Assembly: GCA_002269645.1 (NCBI GenBank)
Contig: NIVC01003765.1
Span: 1 to 64,000 of the forward strand
DNA: 64,000 nt
Direction of reading: 5' to 3'
From: Macrostomum lignano
Taxonomy: Eukaryota
The notes below the pieces were generated by a model that did no database searches, was not told the origin of the DNA, and saw nothing but the letters and a program-made list of their open reading frames with translations. The position numbers and the translations under genes were made by a program. Numbering within the stretch: position 1 is the first letter of the stretch; each line of letters starts with the position of its first letter. Below are positions 57,801 through 64,000 of the stretch, piece by piece.

Positions 57801-60800
57801 AACAGACCAACAGACAGCCACAGCACCATTAAAGGACAATACAGAACAGACCAACAGACAGCCACAGCACCATTAAAGGACAATACAGAACAGACCAACA
57901 GACAGCCACAGCACCATTAAAGGACAATACAGAACAGACCAACAGACAGCCACAGCACCATTAAAGGACAATACAGAACAGACCAACAGACAGCCACAGC
58001 ACCATTAAAGGACAATACAGAACAGACCAACAGACAGCCACAGCACCATTAAAGGACAATACAGAACAGACCAACAGACAGCCACAGCACCATTAAAGGA
58101 CAATACAGAACAGACCAACAGACAGCCACAGCACCATTAAAGGACAATACAGAACAGACCAACAGACAGCCACAGCACCATTAAAGGACAATACAGAACA
58201 GACCAACAGACAGCCACAGCACCATTAAAGGACAATACAGAACAGACCAACAGACAGCCACAGCACCATTAAAGGACAATACAGAACAGACCAACAGACA
58301 GCCACAGCACCATTAAAGGACAATACAGAACAGACCAACAGACAGCCACAGCACCATTAAAGGACAATACAGAACAGACCAACAGACAGCCACAGCACCA
58401 TTAAAGGACAATACAGAACAGACCAACAGACAGCCACAGCACCATTAAAGGACAATACAGAACAGACCAACAGACAGCCACAGCACCATTAAAGGACAAT
58501 ACAGAACAGACCAACAGACAGCCACAGCACCATTAAAGGACAATACAGAACAGACCAACAGACAGCCACAGCACCATTAAAGGACAATACAGAACAGACC
58601 AACAGACAGCCACAGCACCATTAAAGGACAATACAGAACAGACCAACAGACAGCCACAGCACCATTAAAGGACAATACAGAACAGACCAACAGACAGCCA
58701 CAGCACCATTAAAGGACAATACAGAACAGACCAACAGACAGCCACAGCACCATTAAAGGACAATACAGAACAGACCAACAGACAGCCACAGCACCATTAA
58801 AGGACAATACAGAACAGACCAACAGACAGCCACAGCACCATTAAAGGACAATACAGAACAGACCAACAGACAGCCACAGCACCATTAAAGGACAATACAG
58901 AACAGACCAACAGACAGCCACAGCACCATTAAAGGACAATACAGAACAGACCAACAGACAGCCACAGCACCATTAAAGGACAATACAGAACAGACCAACA
59001 GACAGCCACAGCACCATTAAAGGACAATACAGAACAGACCAACAGACAGCCACAGCACCATTAAAGGACAATACAGAACAGACCAACAGACAGCCACAGC
59101 ACCATTAAAGGACAATACAGAACAGACCAACAGACAGCCACAGCACCATTAAAGGACAATACAGAACAGACCAACAGACAGCCACAGCACCATTAAAGGA
59201 CAATACAGAACAGACCAACAGACAGCCACAGCACCATTAAAGGACAATACAGAACAGACCAACAGACAGCCACAGCACCATTAAAGGACAATACAGAACA
59301 GACCAACAGACAGCCACAGCACCATTAAAGGACAATACAGAACAGACCAACAGACAGCCACAGCACCATTAAAGGACAATACAGAACAGACCAACAGACA
59401 GCCACAGCACCATTAAAGGACAATACAGAACAGACCAACAGACAGCCACAGCACCATTAAAGGACAATACAGAACAGACCAACAGACAGCCACAGCACCA
59501 TTAAAGGACAATACAGAACAGACCAACAGACAGCCACAGCACCATTAAAGGACAATACAGAACAGACCAACAGACAGCCACAGCACCATTAAAGGACAAT
59601 ACAGAACAGACCAACAGACAGCCACAGCACCATTAAAGGACAATACAGAACAGACCAACAGACAGCCACAGCACCATTAAAGGACAATACAGAACAGACC
59701 AACAGACAGCCACAGCACCATTAAAGGACAATACAGAACAGACCAACAGACAGCCACAGCACCATTAAAGGACAATACAGAACAGACCAACAGACAGCCA
59801 CAGCACCATTAAAGGACAATACAGAACAGACCAACAGACAGCCACAGCACCATTAAAGGACAATACAGAACAGACCAACAGACAGCCACAGCACCATTAA
59901 AGGACAATACAGAACAGACCAACAGACAGCCACAGCACCATTAAAGGACAATACAGAACAGACCAACAGACAGCCACAGCACCATTAAAGGACAATACAG
60001 AACAGACCAACAGACAGCCACAGCACCATTAAAGGACAATACAGAACAGACCAACAGACAGCCACAGCACCATTAAAGGACAATACAGAACAGACCAACA
60101 GACAGCCACAGCACCATTAAAGGACAATACAGAACAGACCAACAGACAGCCACAGCACCATTAAAGGACAATACAGAACAGACCAACAGACAGCCACAGC
60201 ACCATTAAAGGACAATACAGAACAGACCAACAGACAGCCACAGCACCATTAAAGGACAATACAGAACAGACCAACAGACAGCCACAGCACCATTAAAGGA
60301 CAATACAGAACAGACCAACAGACAGCCACAGCACCATTAAAGGACAATACAGAACAGACCAACAGACAGCCACAGCACCATTAAAGGACAATACAGAACA
60401 GACCAACAGACAGCCACAGCACCATTAAAGGACAATACAGAACAGACCAACAGACAGCCACAGCACCATTAAAGGACAATACAGAACAGACCAACAGACA
60501 GCCACAGCACCATTAAAGGACAATACAGAACAGACCAACAGACAGCCACAGCACCATTAAAGGACAATACAGAACAGACCAACAGACAGCCACAGCACCA
60601 TTAAAGGACAATACAGAACAGACCAACAGACAGCCACAGCACCATTAAAGGACAATACAGAACAGACCAACAGACAGCCACAGCACCATTAAAGGACAAT
60701 ACAGAACAGACCAACAGACAGCCACAGCACCATTAAAGGACAATACAGAACAGACCAACAGACAGCCACAGCACCATTAAAGGACAATACAGAACAGACC

Positions 60801-63800
60801 AACAGACAGCCACAGCACCATTAAAGGACAATACAGAACAGACCAACAGACAGCCACAGCACCATTAAAGGACAATACAGAACAGACCAACAGACAGCCA
60901 CAGCACCATTAAAGGACAATACAGAACAGACCAACAGACAGCCACAGCACCATTAAAGGACAATACAGAACAGACCAACAGACAGCCACAGCACCATTAA
61001 AGGACAATACAGAACAGACCAACAGACAGCCACAGCACCATTAAAGGACAATACAGAACAGACCAACAGACAGCCACAGCACCATTAAAGGACAATACAG
61101 AACAGACCAACAGACAGCCACAGCACCATTAAAGGACAATACAGAACAGACCAACAGACAGCCACAGCACCATTAAAGGACAATACAGAACAGACCAACA
61201 GACAGCCACAGCACCATTAAAGGACAATACAGAACAGACCAACAGACAGCCACAGCACCATTAAAGGACAATACAGAACAGACCAACAGACAGCCACAGC
61301 ACCATTAAAGGACAATACAGAACAGACCAACAGACAGCCACAGCACCATTAAAGGACAATACAGAACAGACCAACAGACAGCCACAGCACCATTAAAGGA
61401 CAATACAGAACAGACCAACAGACAGCCACAGCACCATTAAAGGACAATACAGAACAGACCAACAGACAGCCACAGCACCATTAAAGGACAATACAGAACA
61501 GACCAACAGACAGCCACAGCACCATTAAAGGACAATACAGAACAGACCAACAGACAGCCACAGCACCATTAAAGGACAATACAGAACAGACCAACAGACA
61601 GCCACAGCACCATTAAAGGACAATACAGAACAGACCAACAGACAGCCACAGCACCATTAAAGGACAATACAGAACAGACCAACAGACAGCCACAGCACCA
61701 TTAAAGGACAATACAGAACAGACCAACAGACAGCCACAGCACCATTAAAGGACAATACAGAACAGACCAACAGACAGCCACAGCACCATTAAAGGACAAT
61801 ACAGAACAGACCAACAGACAGCCACAGCACCATTAAAGGACAATACAGAACAGACCAACAGACAGCCACAGCACCATTAAAGGACAATACAGAACAGACC
61901 AACAGACAGCCACAGCACCATTAAAGGACAATACAGAACAGACCAACAGACAGCCACAGCACCATTAAAGGACAATACAGAACAGACCAACAGACAGCCA
62001 CAGCACCATTAAAGGACAATACAGAACAGACCAACAGACAGCCACAGCACCATTAAAGGACAATACAGAACAGACCAACAGACAGCCACAGCACCATTAA
62101 AGGACAATACAGAACAGACCAACAGACAGCCACAGCACCATTAAAGGACAATACAGAACAGACCAACAGACAGCCACAGCACCATTAAAGGACAATACAG
62201 AACAGACCAACAGACAGCCACAGCACCATTAAAGGACAATACAGAACAGACCAACAGACAGCCACAGCACCATTAAAGGACAATACAGAACAGACCAACA
62301 GACAGCCACAGCACCATTAAAGGACAATACAGAACAGACCAACAGACAGCCACAGCACCATTAAAGGACAATACAGAACAGACCAACAGACAGCCACAGC
62401 ACCATTAAAGGACAATACAGAACAGACCAACAGACAGCCACAGCACCATTAAAGGACAATACAGAACAGACCAACAGACAGCCACAGCACCATTAAAGGA
62501 CAATACAGAACAGACCAACAGACAGCCACAGCACCATTAAAGGACAATACAGAACAGACCAACAGACAGCCACAGCACCATTAAAGGACAATACAGAACA
62601 GACCAACAGACAGCCACAGCACCATTAAAGGACAATACAGAACAGACCAACAGACAGCCACAGCACCATTAAAGGACAATACAGAACAGACCAACAGACA
62701 GCCACAGCACCATTAAAGGACAATACAGAACAGACCAACAGACAGCCACAGCACCATTAAAGGACAATACAGAACAGACCAACAGACAGCCACAGCACCA
62801 TTAAAGGACAATACAGAACAGACCAACAGACAGCCACAGCACCATTAAAGGACAATACAGAACAGACCAACAGACAGCCACAGCACCATTAAAGGACAAT
62901 ACAGAACAGACCAACAGACAGCCACAGCACCATTAAAGGACAATACAGAACAGACCAACAGACAGCCACAGCACCATTAAAGGACAATACAGAACAGACC
63001 AACAGACAGCCACAGCACCATTAAAGGACAATACAGAACAGACCAACAGACAGCCACAGCACCATTAAAGGACAATACAGAACAGACCAACAGACAGCCA
63101 CAGCACCATTAAAGGACAATACAGAACAGACCAACAGACAGCCACAGCACCATTAAAGGACAATACAGAACAGACCAACAGACAGCCACAGCACCATTAA
63201 AGGACAATACAGAACAGACCAACAGACAGCCACAGCACCATTAAAGGACAATACAGAACAGACCAACAGACAGCCACAGCACCATTAAAGGACAATACAG
63301 AACAGACCAACAGACAGCCACAGCACCATTAAAGGACAATACAGAACAGACCAACAGACAGCCACAGCACCATTAAAGGACAATACAGAACAGACCAACA
63401 GACAGCCACAGCACCATTAAAGGACAATACAGAACAGACCAACAGACAGCCACAGCACCATTAAAGGACAATACAGAACAGACCAACAGACAGCCACAGC
63501 ACCATTAAAGGACAATACAGAACAGACCAACAGACAGCCACAGCACCATTAAAGGACAATACAGAACAGACCAACAGACAGCCACAGCACCATTAAAGGA
63601 CAATACAGAACAGACCAACAGACAGCCACAGCACCATTAAAGGACAATACAGAACAGACCAACAGACAGCCACAGCACCATTAAAGGACAATACAGAACA
63701 GACCAACAGACAGCCACAGCACCATTAAAGGACAATACAGAACAGACCAACAGACAGCCACAGCACCATTAAAGGACAATACAGAACAGACCAACAGACA

Positions 63801-64000
63801 GCCACAGCACCATTAAAGGACAATACAGAACAGACCAACAGACAGCCACAGCACCATTAAAGGACAATACAGAACAGACCAACAGACAGCCACAGCACCA
63901 TTAAAGGACAATACAGAACAGACCAACAGACAGCCACAGCACCATTAAAGGACAATACAGAACAGACCAACAGACAGCCACAGCACCATTAAAGGACAAT
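51852..64000. repeat. 44-bp satellite array, 276 complete units, continues beyond the window
   Basis: ACAATACAGAACAGACCAACAGACAGCCACAGCACCATTAAAGG. ACAAT at 51852 and 63996 are exactly 276 x 44 bp apart. Confidence 0.99.

Noticed and set aside
51852-64000. Telomere or coding repeat
   Set aside because: There is no TTAGGG-type unit. TAA occurs on both strands and the 44-bp period puts it in all frames.

Overview
Eukaryotic (metazoan) genomic DNA: GC-rich spliced coding exons in AT-rich, minisatellite-laden non-coding DNA. The style suggests a flatworm such as Macrostomum, but that is inference only. (1) 7066-29619 (+) is a complete 9-exon Dachsous-type atypical cadherin. I reconstructed it by hand with GT-AG junctions and consistent phases (8907 nt, 2968 aa). 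All eight introns carry their own minisatellite, and intron 1 hosts an intronless antisense 642-aa orphan ORF. (2) 31310-50931 is a cluster of intronless atlastin-family GTPase genes: three intact, one frameshifted, one small relic. They lack the atlastin transmembrane hairpin and end in a long coiled coil plus a CaaX box (CVMM, RKPKRSCVLM) or a hydrophobic/amphipathic tail, which is a GBP-like architecture on an atlastin G domain. Their G1-G3 segment is a near-identical patchwork suggesting gene conversion. (3) 41-48 kb holds foldback-type non-autonomous elements (two with TTAA flanks, CAG...CTG termini and 151-bp internal repeats), a tRNA-derived SINE with a 14-bp TSD, and a ~0.5-kb stretch whose composition looks like reversed, non-complemented DNA. 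(4) 51852-64000 is a nearly invariant 44-bp satellite (276 units). No CRISPR, rRNA or bona fide tRNA genes were seen. Most short ORFs in the track are repeat or antisense shadows.
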